A stretch of DNA of 64,000 nt, taken from IMG/VR virus record IMGVR_UViG_3300025326_000023, positions 1 through 64,000 of that record. The stretch is one strand, 5' to 3'. The position numbers and the translations under genes were made by a program. The notes under the pieces were generated by a model, which had not been told where the DNA came from, ran no database searches, and was given only the letters and a program-made list of their open reading frames with translations. Source of the DNA: a virus. Shown here one piece after another: positions 1 through 9,825 of this stretch. Within the stretch, counting starts at the first letter, position 1. Each line of letters begins with the position of its first letter.

Positions 1-166
<166 letters not shown>

Positions 167-603
167 CCTGCAGGCCCGCAGTGCGGAACCAGGGTTCGGG
201 CACGGCGATGGCCTGGGTCCAGCGTTGCCAGAGTCGCTGGATCTGAAACCACTGCTGGACGACGAATTCCCACTGGGCCTTGCGCGACTTGGGGGCGGGT
301 TCGGCGCGGCGGAGTTGGAGCAGGTAGACGCGATCGCTGGCCGCCCAGGGGATGGCGGCCAGTTTGTGGCGGCGCGAGCTGAGCCGGCCGCCGTAGCCCG
401 TGGTGACCTGGACGTAGTGGGTCAGGCCGCGGCCGTCCTTGCCCATCACGTCGGCGCCGAAGAAGTCGACCTTGAAGAAGCGGGCCTTGATCGCCCGGCG
501 GGTGTGGGTGCAGGCCAGGAGGGCGCGGCAGAAGTGTTCGGCGGCCACTTCGGCTTGGCGGCGCTTGGCCACGGGCAGGGGGCGGGGGTTGCGCATGATC
601 AGC

Positions 604-1071
604 TCACGGGCGGGGCGAGACGAAGAAATACTGCCGGCCTGTATCTGCGGGGGTGGCCGGGTTGTCACGGATGAAGGCCAGCAGTTCGTCGATGACATCG
701 GGCGGTGCGTGCACTTCCCGGCCGTCGGCCAGGAGAATTCCGTTGATGTTGCTCCTGACAACGACAACCTGATCGAGACGCACGGCAAACCCAACGCGAG
801 CAGGCGGGTCGTCCGCCGTAACCTTGGCCGCAACGTTGGCCGGCACGGCGGCTTCACCGGGTTCGCGCGGCAAGGAACAGCGCCGGGCATTCAGCCGGTC
901 CGAATCGCAGATGATCGCCATCCCGTGCCTTTCATGCGCAAGTAGGAAATCATGGAACGCGGCCAGCTCGGCGTGGGCCTCGGCGATCGACTCCCCGCGG
1001 TCGCGCCAGCAGGACCAGAAGGGAACGCGGGAGTTGCACCTTTTACAGACCAAGTAGAAGCCCGTGGACAC
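604..1071 (-). CDS. Hypothetical protein with N-terminal CxxC
   Basis: GTG start with AAAGGA RBS; YLVCKRC. Confidence 0.55.
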   Translation of the reverse strand: MSTGFYLVCKRCNSRVPFWSCWRDRGESIAEAHAELAAFHDFLLAHERHGMAIICDSDRLNARRCSLPREPGEAAVPANVAAKVTADDPPARVGFAVRLDQVVVVRSNINGILLADGREVHAPPDVIDELLAFIRDNPATPADTGRQYFFVSPRP

Positions 1072-1084
1072 GGGGCAGGTTCCT

Positions 1085-1345
1085 TTATGGCGAGGGGCCG
1101 TCGTTCTGGGTTGCAATCAACTCCTCGGTGGCGAGGGCCCAAGCCTGGTCCATGGCGCTGGTGGTGAGGGCGATCTGCTTGTCGAGTTCGTCGCGGCTGC
1201 AGACGCCGCGCGCGATGAGGACTTCTTCGATGGCGGTGAGGTTGGCCAGCAGGCCCTGGTGCCAGCGGTTGTTGGCGTCGATCAATTGGGCCAAGATGCC
1301 GAGGGCGGGATGATCTGGATCGGCATCAGTCGGGGGCTGCATCAT
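1085..1345 (-). CDS. Hypothetical protein
   Basis: Helical 86-aa ORF, tightly packed with its neighbours. Confidence 0.55.
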   Translation of the reverse strand: MMQPPTDADPDHPALGILAQLIDANNRWHQGLLANLTAIEEVLIARGVCSRDELDKQIALTTSAMDQAWALATEELIATQNDGPSP

Positions 1346-1564
1346 AACGCACCGCCATGTGTTGATGGTACGGCGTGGCTCGCCCGCAACGTGGAGGCCC
1401 TCAGTTCCGGCACCCGTTGCCTGTGTCGGGATCCGTCACGTAAGGCGCTGGAATCAGGGGAATCGAGCCCCGTCGGGCTGGTCCTACCAATCCTCCAGCG
1501 TCTGCGTCTGCCGGCCTCTCCAGTCCCGAGGGACTGGCGAGCCACTGTTGCTTGAAATTTGGGG

Positions 1565-1834
1565 TTATGGTCGTTCGGTTGGCGAACGGTCGTAGTCCTT
1601 ATCGGCCTGGATCAGATACGCCCCGTCTTCGGGTTGGAAGCAGGTGCGAACCGTGATCCGCGTGGGGTTGGCGGCCACCAGGGTGGAGAAGCGGATGGTG
1701 TAGCTGCCGCCGTGTTGCCAGGCGATGCACCACTTGAGCATCTTCAGTTCCTGCAGGGCGCGTTCCAGGCGGGGGATCAGTTCGTCGCGGGAGAGCGCGT
1801 GCAAGTCCGGTTCGAGCTGCGGATCGGTCCTCAT
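1565..1834 (-). CDS. Hypothetical protein
   Basis: 89-aa ORF starting in a heptamer tract. Confidence 0.5.
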   Translation of the reverse strand: MRTDPQLEPDLHALSRDELIPRLERALQELKMLKWCIAWQHGGSYTIRFSTLVAANPTRITVRTCFQPEDGAYLIQADKDYDRSPTERP

Positions 1835-1844
1835 TGTTCATTCC

Positions 1845-2132
1845 TCATTCCCGATTCTTCATTTCGTCTTTCGCGTCCTTGGTCATTCCATTGAAGGCTT
1901 GGACGTAGCGATCGTAGGCGGCCGGGCTGGTAGCCATCGCGCCGTTACCCAGGTAGCAGCATTCCAGGCGGACGATCCGGCCGGTCACAGGCGAGCGACG
2001 GCCGCGGGTGATCAGGCTGTAGGCGGTGCCGTAGGAGATCTTCATGGCGCGGGGCACGTGCAGCAGCGAGACCGGGTTTTCTTCCAAGATCTTGGGATTG
2101 AGCGAGAGGCCTCGGGCGGTGTAGCGGCGCAT
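1845..2132 (-). CDS. DUF1580-like (excisionase/wHTH-like) DNA-binding protein
   Basis: LITRG...VRLECCYLG...TSPAAYDRYV pattern resembles Planctomycete DUF1580 proteins. Confidence 0.6.
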   Translation of the reverse strand: MRRYTARGLSLNPKILEENPVSLLHVPRAMKISYGTAYSLITRGRRSPVTGRIVRLECCYLGNGAMATSPAAYDRYVQAFNGMTKDAKDEMKNRE

Positions 2133-2177
2133 AGTCAAGCATGATTGACGACCTCCAGGCTTCGACAACTATCGCTA

Positions 2178-2205
2178 ATGATAATCAGGTCGCGTTGTGA
2201 CGCAA
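2178..2205 (-). promoter_or_regulatory. Possible sigma-70 promoter for the leftward operon
   Basis: TTGCGT-16 nt-TATCAT on the minus strand in the divergent intergenic gap. Confidence 0.4.
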
Positions 2206-2275
2206 GGGGGAAACGCTTTACTGAACGGGAGAGGAGGCAAACACCAACCAGATTCTCCACGCCCCCAGGTTGTTT

Positions 2276-3505
2276 ATGCCCAAGAAAGCCTCCTCTGTGC
2301 CGGCGGGCGCTTCGTCGAGCGGCGCCGATTCTTCCGAAGCTCTGGATTCTAGCCAACAGGATGCCGGCGCGGTCGCAACCGCCGCTGAGAACGCCGCGGT
2401 GCAGGATCAGGACGCCGGCCAGCAGGCCGGGTCTGCCGCGTCCGAGGCGGCTGTTGGTGCGGGTGCCGGCAGGCAGGCTGCCGGCGCGGCTGCCGCAGCG
2501 CGCGGAGCGGAAGCGGGCCAGGACGCTGGCCAGGACGCCGGCGGCGCGGACGGGCAGCCGAGTTGGCTGGACCTGGTGCGCAAGCAGGGGTTTGAGAACG
2601 TGGAGTCCGAAGAGGACGCCCGCCAGCGGCTGCTGGACGCCTACCAGCAGGAGCGGAGCCGGCTGGACGAATTGGAGAAGCGCTGGCAGCAATTCGAGCC
2701 GCTGATCGCCTACGGCCAGCAGTACATCGACTCGCTGCAAAAGCAGCAGGCGGGCGGGCAGCCGGCGGGTCAGGCGGCCCAAGCCGCGGCCGCGCCGGAG
2801 CAGCCGTCCGTCTGGCCGCAAATCCCCGAGGTCGATCTGGACGCGGTGGAGCGGTACCGCGACGACAAGGGCGAATGGAAGTTCAACACCCCGCCCGAGC
2901 TGCGGCACCAGGCGGAGCAGGCAGCGGCGGCGATCCAGAAGTGGCAGGTGGGCATGGCCCTGCGGCCCCAGCAGACGCTGGAGCCGATCATCAAGCAGGT
3001 GGCCCGGCAGGTGAGTGAAGAGTTGCTGCGCGAGCAGTTCGGCATGGAGCCGAAGGAGCTGGTGCAGCGGCTGGACCTGAGCGGCGAGCAGCAGTTCGTG
3101 CAGCAGCAGGCCAACGAACTGGCGCCGGTGCTGTACGAGCGCGATCCGCGGACGGGCCAGTTGGACCTGCAGCGGCTGAGCGCGGTGGGGCAGGCTTTCA
3201 CGACGGCGCTGGAGGACCTGGAGCGGGGCGGGATGTCGTCGGCGGCCAGCCGGATGTACTTCGCCCGCCAACTGATCGCTCCGCTGCTGACCCAGCAGCA
3301 GCAACAGCAGGTCACCCAGGCGGCCCAGCAGCAGGCGGCCAAAAAGAAAACAGAACACTTGCACCGCGGAGCGGCGCGCAGCGTTGCGGACAGGGACGGC
3401 TCGGTATCTCGAAACCAAGATGGCAACTCCGACCAGAACAAACACGAGAGCTTCGGCACCGCCACGGTGCGGAAGATGCTGGACGGGGGAGTCATGTTCA
3501 CATAG
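2276..3505 (+). CDS. Capsid scaffolding-like protein
   Basis: Acidic Ala/Gln-rich low-complexity N-terminus plus coiled coil, immediately upstream of the major capsid gene. Confidence 0.65.
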   Translation: MPKKASSVPAGASSSGADSSEALDSSQQDAGAVATAAENAAVQDQDAGQQAGSAASEAAVGAGAGRQAAGAAAAARGAEAGQDAGQDAGGADGQPSWLDLVRKQGFENVESEEDARQRLLDAYQQERSRLDELEKRWQQFEPLIAYGQQYIDSLQKQQAGGQPAGQAAQAAAAPEQPSVWPQIPEVDLDAVERYRDDKGEWKFNTPPELRHQAEQAAAAIQKWQVGMALRPQQTLEPIIKQVARQVSEELLREQFGMEPKELVQRLDLSGEQQFVQQQANELAPVLYERDPRTGQLDLQRLSAVGQAFTTALEDLERGGMSSAASRMYFARQLIAPLLTQQQQQQVTQAAQQQAAKKKTEHLHRGAARSVADRDGSVSRNQDGNSDQNKHESFGTATVRKMLDGGVMFT

Positions 3506-3516
3506 AGGGTTGAGCA

Positions 3517-4665
3517 ATGGCGTACACGGGGTATGACATTGTGGCTTTCGATCGGCTGGCCGCCACCACGATGGCGGACCACATCCGAAAGGTGACGGAA
3601 GCCCATCTGAAGAAGTACGTAGTCCCCGCCCAGATTGTTGCCAGCGGGCGGGCCACCTACAACCACGGCGGGCGCGGCTTCGACTGGCCGGTGGAGTACC
3701 GCCGTCACAACGTAAGCGCTTCCACGGGCGCCAACGTGAGAACGTACACGCCCACCAACCGTTGGAAGCAGGCCTATCTGCCCTGGCGCGGCTACCAGAC
3801 GACCGACGTCATCAGCCGGGCGGAGTTGAACGCCAACCGGGGGGAAGCGGCCATCATCAAGGTCCTGGACGGCTTCATGGACAAGCTGAAGAAGTCGCTG
3901 GATCAGGCCCTGGCCCGCCAGTTTTTCAACGACGGCAATGCCAACGTCGATTACTGGCACGGCTTCGAGTCGATGTTCGGCACCAACGGCACGGTCACCG
4001 CCACGACGGGCGCCCAGCGGGCGACCAACGCGGCCGATCTGGTGGCCTACCCCTACGACACCTACGCCGGCCTGAGCACGGAGCTGGGCAACTACGGCGG
4101 GGCGGTGATCGACGGGATCTGGCCGGCGGGCGACACGGATCCGCAGTACGAGTTCTGGTCGCCGCTGATGCCCTTCGGCGATTCGACCAACGCCGAGCAC
4201 ACGAGCGCCACCGACACCTGGGTGGGTCAGTGCGACGAGGTCCTGGGCTTTGCCATCACGCATGCCGGCAAGAACGGCGGGCCGGACGCGCAGCCGACGA
4301 CCTGCATCATGGATCGCTCCATGTTCAACGGGCTGAAAAACAAGATGCGCGGCAAGGAAAGCCTGCAGGTGGCGCGGACGGAGAAGAACGTCTCGCTGGT
4401 GGTTCTGGGCTTCGCGAACGTGATCGTCGTGGACGGGATCGAGTGCACGGCGGAGAACTCCTGCCCGGCCAACGTGGGCTACATGTACAGCTACGCGAAC
4501 ATGGAGCTGCGTTGCCAGGAGGACGAGATGTTCGGCAGCGACGGGCCGGAGTACGACATCGACACGCAGTCGCATAAGGCGGCGGTGTTTACGCACTCCA
4601 ACCTGCTGTTCGGCACGCCCCGGAACTTCGTGAAGATTTTCAAGGCCAACTCTCAGATCGCCTGA
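3517..4665 (+). CDS. Major capsid protein (podovirus-type family)
   Basis: 382 aa; ATT...GGRGFDWPVEY...WKQAYLPW...ISRAEL.ANRGEAAII pattern; position between scaffold and terminase. Confidence 0.8.
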   Translation: MAYTGYDIVAFDRLAATTMADHIRKVTEAHLKKYVVPAQIVASGRATYNHGGRGFDWPVEYRRHNVSASTGANVRTYTPTNRWKQAYLPWRGYQTTDVISRAELNANRGEAAIIKVLDGFMDKLKKSLDQALARQFFNDGNANVDYWHGFESMFGTNGTVTATTGAQRATNAADLVAYPYDTYAGLSTELGNYGGAVIDGIWPAGDTDPQYEFWSPLMPFGDSTNAEHTSATDTWVGQCDEVLGFAITHAGKNGGPDAQPTTCIMDRSMFNGLKNKMRGKESLQVARTEKNVSLVVLGFANVIVVDGIECTAENSCPANVGYMYSYANMELRCQEDEMFGSDGPEYDIDTQSHKAAVFTHSNLLFGTPRNFVKIFKANSQIA

Positions 4666-4711
4666 GCGGCGGGGCCTGATTTCTGAACGCTAAACTCGAA
4701 GGAGTAGCGAT

Positions 4712-5329
4712 ATGGCGGAAACTGGATTCAATGCCGTGCAACTCGGCGACACCATTCCGGGCACGGATTCGAGCGGCGGGCTGGTGAACGCGAGTTTGCT
4801 GGGCACGATCAAGCGGTTTGACAATCTGGCCCTGACGGCCGGGGATTCCGTGAAGGCCTTGCGGAGTCACGGGCCGGTCTGGGGCGTGCTGCTGCGGAAC
4901 TTGTCGGGCGGCGCGCTCTTGGGCAAGCGGCTGGCGCTGTGCAAGCAGACGGCGGGCTATTCGATCATCGAAGCGGCCAGCGGCTACGGGGCGGCGCTCT
5001 ACGACGCGCCCGTGGTGGCGATCGACCCCTGGCTGCCGACGGCGGGCGTAGCCAACAACGACATCTTCATCGGGGTCTTCTACGGACCCACGATCCTGAT
5101 GGCGCCCAGCAGCGGCAGCGACATCCTGGCCACGGCCGCGGTGGGCACGCCGCTGGTCTGCTCGGACGACAACAACGGGCGGATCACGCCGGCGGCGCCG
5201 GCCAGCGATTCAGCGGTCTACAACGCTGCCAACGCGGTCTTCGGGCGGAGCCTGTACGCCTTCAGCAGCGCGGCCACCGATCAGGAGATTGCGGTGTACA
5301 TGCACTGTCCCTGGTTCCCCACGGGGTAA
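4712..5329 (+). CDS. Capsid decoration/cement-like protein
   Basis: Gly/Ala-rich 205 aa directly after the capsid gene; RBS GAAGGAG. Confidence 0.55.
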   Translation: MAETGFNAVQLGDTIPGTDSSGGLVNASLLGTIKRFDNLALTAGDSVKALRSHGPVWGVLLRNLSGGALLGKRLALCKQTAGYSIIEAASGYGAALYDAPVVAIDPWLPTAGVANNDIFIGVFYGPTILMAPSSGSDILATAAVGTPLVCSDDNNGRITPAAPASDSAVYNAANAVFGRSLYAFSSAATDQEIAVYMHCPWFPTG

Positions 5330-5407
5330 TCGCCGCGGGCTGGCCGGGGAGGATCGCGAACACGAAGCATTGTCGTGTGGCGACAGCCACGGTGTGGTGG
5401 TGGTGGG

Positions 5408-5441
5408 CGGCGGCGTGGCTTTGCTGCGCCGCCGTTTTTTT
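5408..5441 (+). terminator. Intrinsic terminator after the capsid genes
   Basis: GC-rich stem CGGCGGCGTGGC/GCTGCGCCGCCG followed by a T7 run. Confidence 0.75.
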
Positions 5442-5497
5442 GTTTGTTGTTGGTTGTTAGACATCGGGTATTTCGTCGTTCGTCATTTGGAGACAGT

Positions 5498-6172
5498 ATG
5501 GCCAGCGATCAGGAGGATCTCGATCGGGCCGATCTGGATCTGGAGCAGGAACTGCTCTCCCACCAGGACTGCAGCAAGTGCGGGCGGAGCCTGCCGCTGA
5601 CCGAGCAGCACTGGTACCGGGACAACCGCCGCCAGAACGGCTTCAAGCGGATCTGCAAGAGCTGCTTCAACGGGCAGCAGGAGGCGCTGCGGGACCGCTC
5701 GCTGGAAGATCGTATCGCTTGCCTGGACGCCAAGATGATTGCCCGCCTGGAGCGGATGGTGGCAATCGAGCAGCCGGGTATCCCGCACCTGGCCAAGTTC
5801 TTCGAGACGGCGGTGCGGGCCTGCGGCGGCGTGGACGGGCTGGTCCAGCACATGATGGCCGGGATGCTGATGTCCAAAGCCGGCGGTGAGACCCGGCGCA
5901 AGTACGTGCAGATGATTTGGGAGGCCAGCCAGAAGCTGTCCGAGATGGGGCTGGCCAAGGTGCCGGTGGACCTCTTGAGCGACGAGGACCTGGAGGCGGA
6001 GATCCAGAAACGGCTGGCGGCGCTCCGCGCGTCGGAAGGCGCGGATGCCGAGGGGGACGAGGCGGCCGAGGCGAGCGCGGAATCCGACGATGAGCTCGGC
6101 GGCGAGCCGGGAGAGGAATTGGACGACCCTCTGCTATTGGCCCTGCGGGAAGGCCAGGAGGATGCCGCGTGA
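5498..6172 (+). CDS. Putative terminase small subunit with CxxC...CxxC zinc finger
   Basis: CSKC...CKSC; C-terminal LSDEDLEAEI; overlaps the TerL start (GTGA). Confidence 0.6.
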   Translation: MASDQEDLDRADLDLEQELLSHQDCSKCGRSLPLTEQHWYRDNRRQNGFKRICKSCFNGQQEALRDRSLEDRIACLDAKMIARLERMVAIEQPGIPHLAKFFETAVRACGGVDGLVQHMMAGMLMSKAGGETRRKYVQMIWEASQKLSEMGLAKVPVDLLSDEDLEAEIQKRLAALRASEGADAEGDEAAEASAESDDELGGEPGEELDDPLLLALREGQEDAA

Positions 6173-9126
6173 GCACGTCGTTTCCGGATCCGCGGCGCGG
6201 GCAATGGACCAGCCAGGTGGCTCAGGACGAGCTGCGCGAGTTGGTCCAGGAGGTTAAGTCCCGCAAAATCGAATCGCTGCGGTTGTACGAGCCGCTGTCC
6301 TACCAGGACGCCTACCATCGCTGCCGGGCCAAGGAAGCGATTCTGGTGAAACCAAACCAGGTGGGAGGCCCACAGAAAAAAGACACGCCCGTCTTGACGC
6401 CCACAGGCTGGCGGCGTTTGGGCGATCTGCAGGTGGGCGATGAAGTGTTTGGCGGCGACGGCAAGGTGGCGCGGGTACTGAGCGTGACCCAGCAGGGATG
6501 GCTGCCGATTTTCAATCTCGCGTTTGACGACGAGACTTTGACCAACTGCGCAGAGAATCACTTTTGGAAGTGCCAACTCAAGGCCGCCGAACGATTTCAC
6601 TCCAACCGCTGTTTCAAGAAGGATAAGTGGAGTGTCTATTCCCTGCGCGAGATTCGGGAGCATGGTGGGGACGATCCGATTCCCCGCGACCGGGCGGTGA
6701 TCCCGGTGGCCTCGGTCGAGTTCCCAGAGCAGCCCGTGCCTGTTGCGCCCTATACGCTGGGGGTTCTGTTGGGCGATGGCTGCATTTGCCACGACACGGC
6801 GAGTTTCACCAGTGAAGACGCTGCCATTTGCGATGAGATTCTGGGCGAACTGCCCGCCGGGATGGCGGTTCGCGTGCAGAAGTCGACGGATAACGGCAAG
6901 GCATCCTGCTATCACCTTACCAAAGGCGAGAACCTGCTGAATCCGGTGATTCAGGGATTGCGCGTGCTGGGTCTGATGGGCCTCAAGTCAGTGCAAAAGT
7001 TCATCCCCGCCTGCTACCTCTTAAACTCCCGCTCGGTTCGTCTGGCGGTGCTGCAGGGGCTGATGGACACGGACGGGTACTGCACCGAAAACGGCGTCCC
7101 CTTTTACTACTCGTGCTCGCCGAGGCTGGCGCAGGACGTGATGTTTCTTGTCCGGTCGTTGGGCGGCAAGGCCAAGCTGCGATGGAAAGAAGCGTTCATC
7201 ACGAAGAAGCACAAGCCCCGCGGCAGGCCGCCGGTAACCCTGAATGATTACGGCAAGTCGCAGCAGCGGCTGTTTGAGGAGCCGCGCCGCTGTCTGCACA
7301 TGGCGGAGGTGCAATTCTCGCTGCCTCGCGATGTCCGCATTTTCCGTTTGGAACGTAAGCAATCTCGCCGCGAAGCGTTTCAGGGAGAGTTGACGACCGG
7401 CCGGGTTCTGCAAACGATCCGGCCCGCCGGCAATGCCGAATGCGTGTGCATCGGAGTCGATTCGCCGGATCATACCTACGTCACCGAAGACTTCATTGTC
7501 ACGCACAATTCATTGGCCCACTTTGTCGAAATCGCCCGCGCCCTGACGGGGCAGGATCCGTATGGCAAGTACCCCAAGCGGGACGGTTTGGCGGTTTGCG
7601 TGGCGTATGGCGAGCGGCACATCGGCACGGTGATCCACCGTTACCTGTTTCGCTGGGGCGCGTTCAAGATGATCCGGGACTTGGGGAGCGGAGACTGGCG
7701 CACCTATCGGCCTTGGCCGGCGGAGCGGCTGGTGGACGGCAAGCCGGGCGACTTGGAGCGGGCGACCGAAGCGCAGCCGGCCCCGCCGCTGATCCCCAAG
7801 CGGTTCATCCAGGGCAAGCTGGCCTGGCAGAAGCGGGCCTTGAACATCTTTCTGCGGGCCAGCTTCACCACGGGCTGGGAGCTGTACACGGGCAACAGCG
7901 AGGGCGATCCGTCGCATCTGCAGGGTTTGACGAACGTCTACCTGTACGCGTTCGACGAGGACGTGGCCCAGGGCGGCTGGTACGAGGAAGCCGTGCAGCG
8001 GACCACCAGCGTGAACGGTTTGTTGCGCTGGAACGCCATGCCGCACGCCCGCACGGACGACATTCTGAACCTGATCCGCCGGGCGGAGGAGGAAGAGGAA
8101 AAGGACGACCCGCAGACGGTGGCGATCCGGGTCCATCACCAGGACGAGAACCCCTACATCCCGGAAGCAGCCAAGGCCCAGAACGTGCGGATCGCGATGT
8201 CGATGGGCGAGGACGTCTACCGCAAGCGGATCCTGGGCGAGTTGACCAACGATTCGGTGCTGATGTACCCCGGCTTCAACAAGCAGGTGCACGGGGCGGA
8301 GCGGCGGCTGACGGAGAAGGATTTGGCCGAGGAGCAGACGGGGCGGCGCTTCCGGTCGGCCTTGCAGCGGGCCTACACCGACAATGGCGGGCGCCCGCCG
8401 GACGACTGGACGCGCTACGTGATTGTGGATCCGGGCTTCAACGTCTGCGCGGCAACGTTTATCGCCACGCCGCCGGAAAGCCTGGGCGACTGGCGGGTGC
8501 AGTACGGCGAACTGTACTTGCGCAACGCCACGGCCCGGCTCTTTGCCAGCGAATTGAAGCAGAAGGTCGGCGAGCAGCCGATCCGCGATTTCCTGATCGA
8601 CATGCACGGCGGCCGTCTGCGCGGGGCGCAGGGCATCCAGTGGGTGCAGGAGTACCAGGAGGAGATTGAGAAGCTGCGGGTCGAGTGCGAGATCCGCGGT
8701 TCGCGATTCGGGGCGGGCTGCGACAACATCAAGCTGCGAGAGGAGCGGCTGCGCAAGTGGCTGGAGATCCGCGGCGGCTGCGAGGCGTGGGCGCAATCGC
8801 CGACGCTCTACATCGACCTGAACCGCTGCCCGAACACCGTGCGGGAGATGTTGACCTTCCGCAAGAAGACGATCCGGCAGGGCGGCATGTCCGTCACGAT
8901 CGACGAAGCCAACCGGCGGCAGCCCTGCCATGCTTTGGAATGTCTCGAGATGGCGGCTGCCCACGGCTGCCCGTATGTGAAGCCCAAACCGAGAGTAGTA
9001 GCCGATGAGCCGATCGACCGGTGGATGGCCGAGCGGAAGCATCGGGAGCGGAAGCGCCGGTATAAACACTGGGGCTTGGCCGGCCAGCCCACCATCACGT
9101 TAGGTCCTCAAGGAGCGTTTGGATGA
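6169..9126 (+). CDS. terL: Terminase large subunit containing an intein
   Basis: Deviant Walker A KPNQVGG|S, Walker B YAFDED, nuclease motif VIVDPG, C-terminal HALECL. Confidence 0.85.
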   Translation: MSTSFPDPRRGQWTSQVAQDELRELVQEVKSRKIESLRLYEPLSYQDAYHRCRAKEAILVKPNQVGGPQKKDTPVLTPTGWRRLGDLQVGDEVFGGDGKVARVLSVTQQGWLPIFNLAFDDETLTNCAENHFWKCQLKAAERFHSNRCFKKDKWSVYSLREIREHGGDDPIPRDRAVIPVASVEFPEQPVPVAPYTLGVLLGDGCICHDTASFTSEDAAICDEILGELPAGMAVRVQKSTDNGKASCYHLTKGENLLNPVIQGLRVLGLMGLKSVQKFIPACYLLNSRSVRLAVLQGLMDTDGYCTENGVPFYYSCSPRLAQDVMFLVRSLGGKAKLRWKEAFITKKHKPRGRPPVTLNDYGKSQQRLFEEPRRCLHMAEVQFSLPRDVRIFRLERKQSRREAFQGELTTGRVLQTIRPAGNAECVCIGVDSPDHTYVTEDFIVTHNSLAHFVEIARALTGQDPYGKYPKRDGLAVCVAYGERHIGTVIHRYLFRWGAFKMIRDLGSGDWRTYRPWPAERLVDGKPGDLERATEAQPAPPLIPKRFIQGKLAWQKRALNIFLRASFTTGWELYTGNSEGDPSHLQGLTNVYLYAFDEDVAQGGWYEEAVQRTTSVNGLLRWNAMPHARTDDILNLIRRAEEEEEKDDPQTVAIRVHHQDENPYIPEAAKAQNVRIAMSMGEDVYRKRILGELTNDSVLMYPGFNKQVHGAERRLTEKDLAEEQTGRRFRSALQRAYTDNGGRPPDDWTRYVIVDPGFNVCAATFIATPPESLGDWRVQYGELYLRNATARLFASELKQKVGEQPIRDFLIDMHGGRLRGAQGIQWVQEYQEEIEKLRVECEIRGSRFGAGCDNIKLREERLRKWLEIRGGCEAWAQSPTLYIDLNRCPNTVREMLTFRKKTIRQGGMSVTIDEANRRQPCHALECLEMAAAHGCPYVKPKPRVVADEPIDRWMAERKHRERKRRYKHWGLAGQPTITLGPQGAFG
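6370..7509 (+). mobile_element. Class 3 intein (380 aa) with LAGLIDADG homing endonuclease, in TerL
   Basis: Starts PQKKDTPVLTPTGW and ends FIVTHN|S; WCT signature (NHFW, CVCI, VTHN); LGVLLGDG and LQGLMDTDG motifs; lower GC than flanks. Confidence 0.9.
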
Positions 9127-9683
9127 GTATCGGATTGGAGATGTATCAGGAAGAGCACGAGCATTTACGATTGGCCCACATTCGGGACGAGGTGTCCGCC
9201 TACCGGATGCCGCTGGCGGTGCAGGGCATGGCGGTGGCTTGGTATCGGTTTGGTCGCAAGGGGCCGGACGCGCTGCTGGGTTTTGTGCAGCAGGCGCGTC
9301 CGGGCAAGCCCAACGTCGACCTGTTCGTGCCCGCCAACGCCTTCCCGTATTTGGACGGCGTGCCGCACGTTTCAGACCCGCGGCTGCGGCTGGGCCGGGA
9401 GCACGCGGAGTTCGGGGCTTGGGACTACACCGAGGACTGGAAGAACCAGCAGTCCTGGAAGGAGCGGGTCGAATCGCGGGTGCGGGCCTGCGAGCGGCGG
9501 CTGGAGGAGCAGGCGCAAGGGCTGGAGCCGCTTCCCGCGCCGGCCCCCGAGCGAGCGGCGGCCGCGCCGGGTGAACCGGATGAGCCGGCGGCGGTGCCGG
9601 AGCCGCCTCCCTGGCTGACCGGCGAGGAGGCGGAGGAGACGCCGCGCAAGCGCGGACGGCCGGCCAAGGCGGCGGCGGAATGA
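9123..9683 (+). CDS. Hypothetical protein between TerL and portal
   Basis: ATGA-coupled to TerL; C-terminal KRGRP. Confidence 0.7.
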   Translation: MSIGLEMYQEEHEHLRLAHIRDEVSAYRMPLAVQGMAVAWYRFGRKGPDALLGFVQQARPGKPNVDLFVPANAFPYLDGVPHVSDPRLRLGREHAEFGAWDYTEDWKNQQSWKERVESRVRACERRLEEQAQGLEPLPAPAPERAAAAPGEPDEPAAVPEPPPWLTGEEAEETPRKRGRPAKAAAE

Positions 9684-9812
9684 GAAGAATGAGGAATGAG
9701 GAATGAGGAATGAACAATTAAGAATGAACAATGACGAACTGCATTGCTCATTGTGCATTGCTCATTGTTCATTTCTCATTCCTCATTTTTGCCTCCTTGG
9801 GCTTTAGGCATT
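9678..9812. repeat. Inverted pair of AATGAnn heptamer tracts
   Basis: gaatgagaagaatgaggaatgaggaatgaggaatgaacaatt followed by cattgctcattgtgcattgctcattgttcatttctcattcctcatt. Confidence 0.85.
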
Positions 9813-9825
9813 TGGGAGCAATCTA

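Noticed and set aside
6349-6369. TerL Walker A lacking GKS/T, suggesting a dead terminase
   Set aside because: It fits the deviant KxxQxGxS/T Walker A of P2/Mu-type terminases once the intein is removed.
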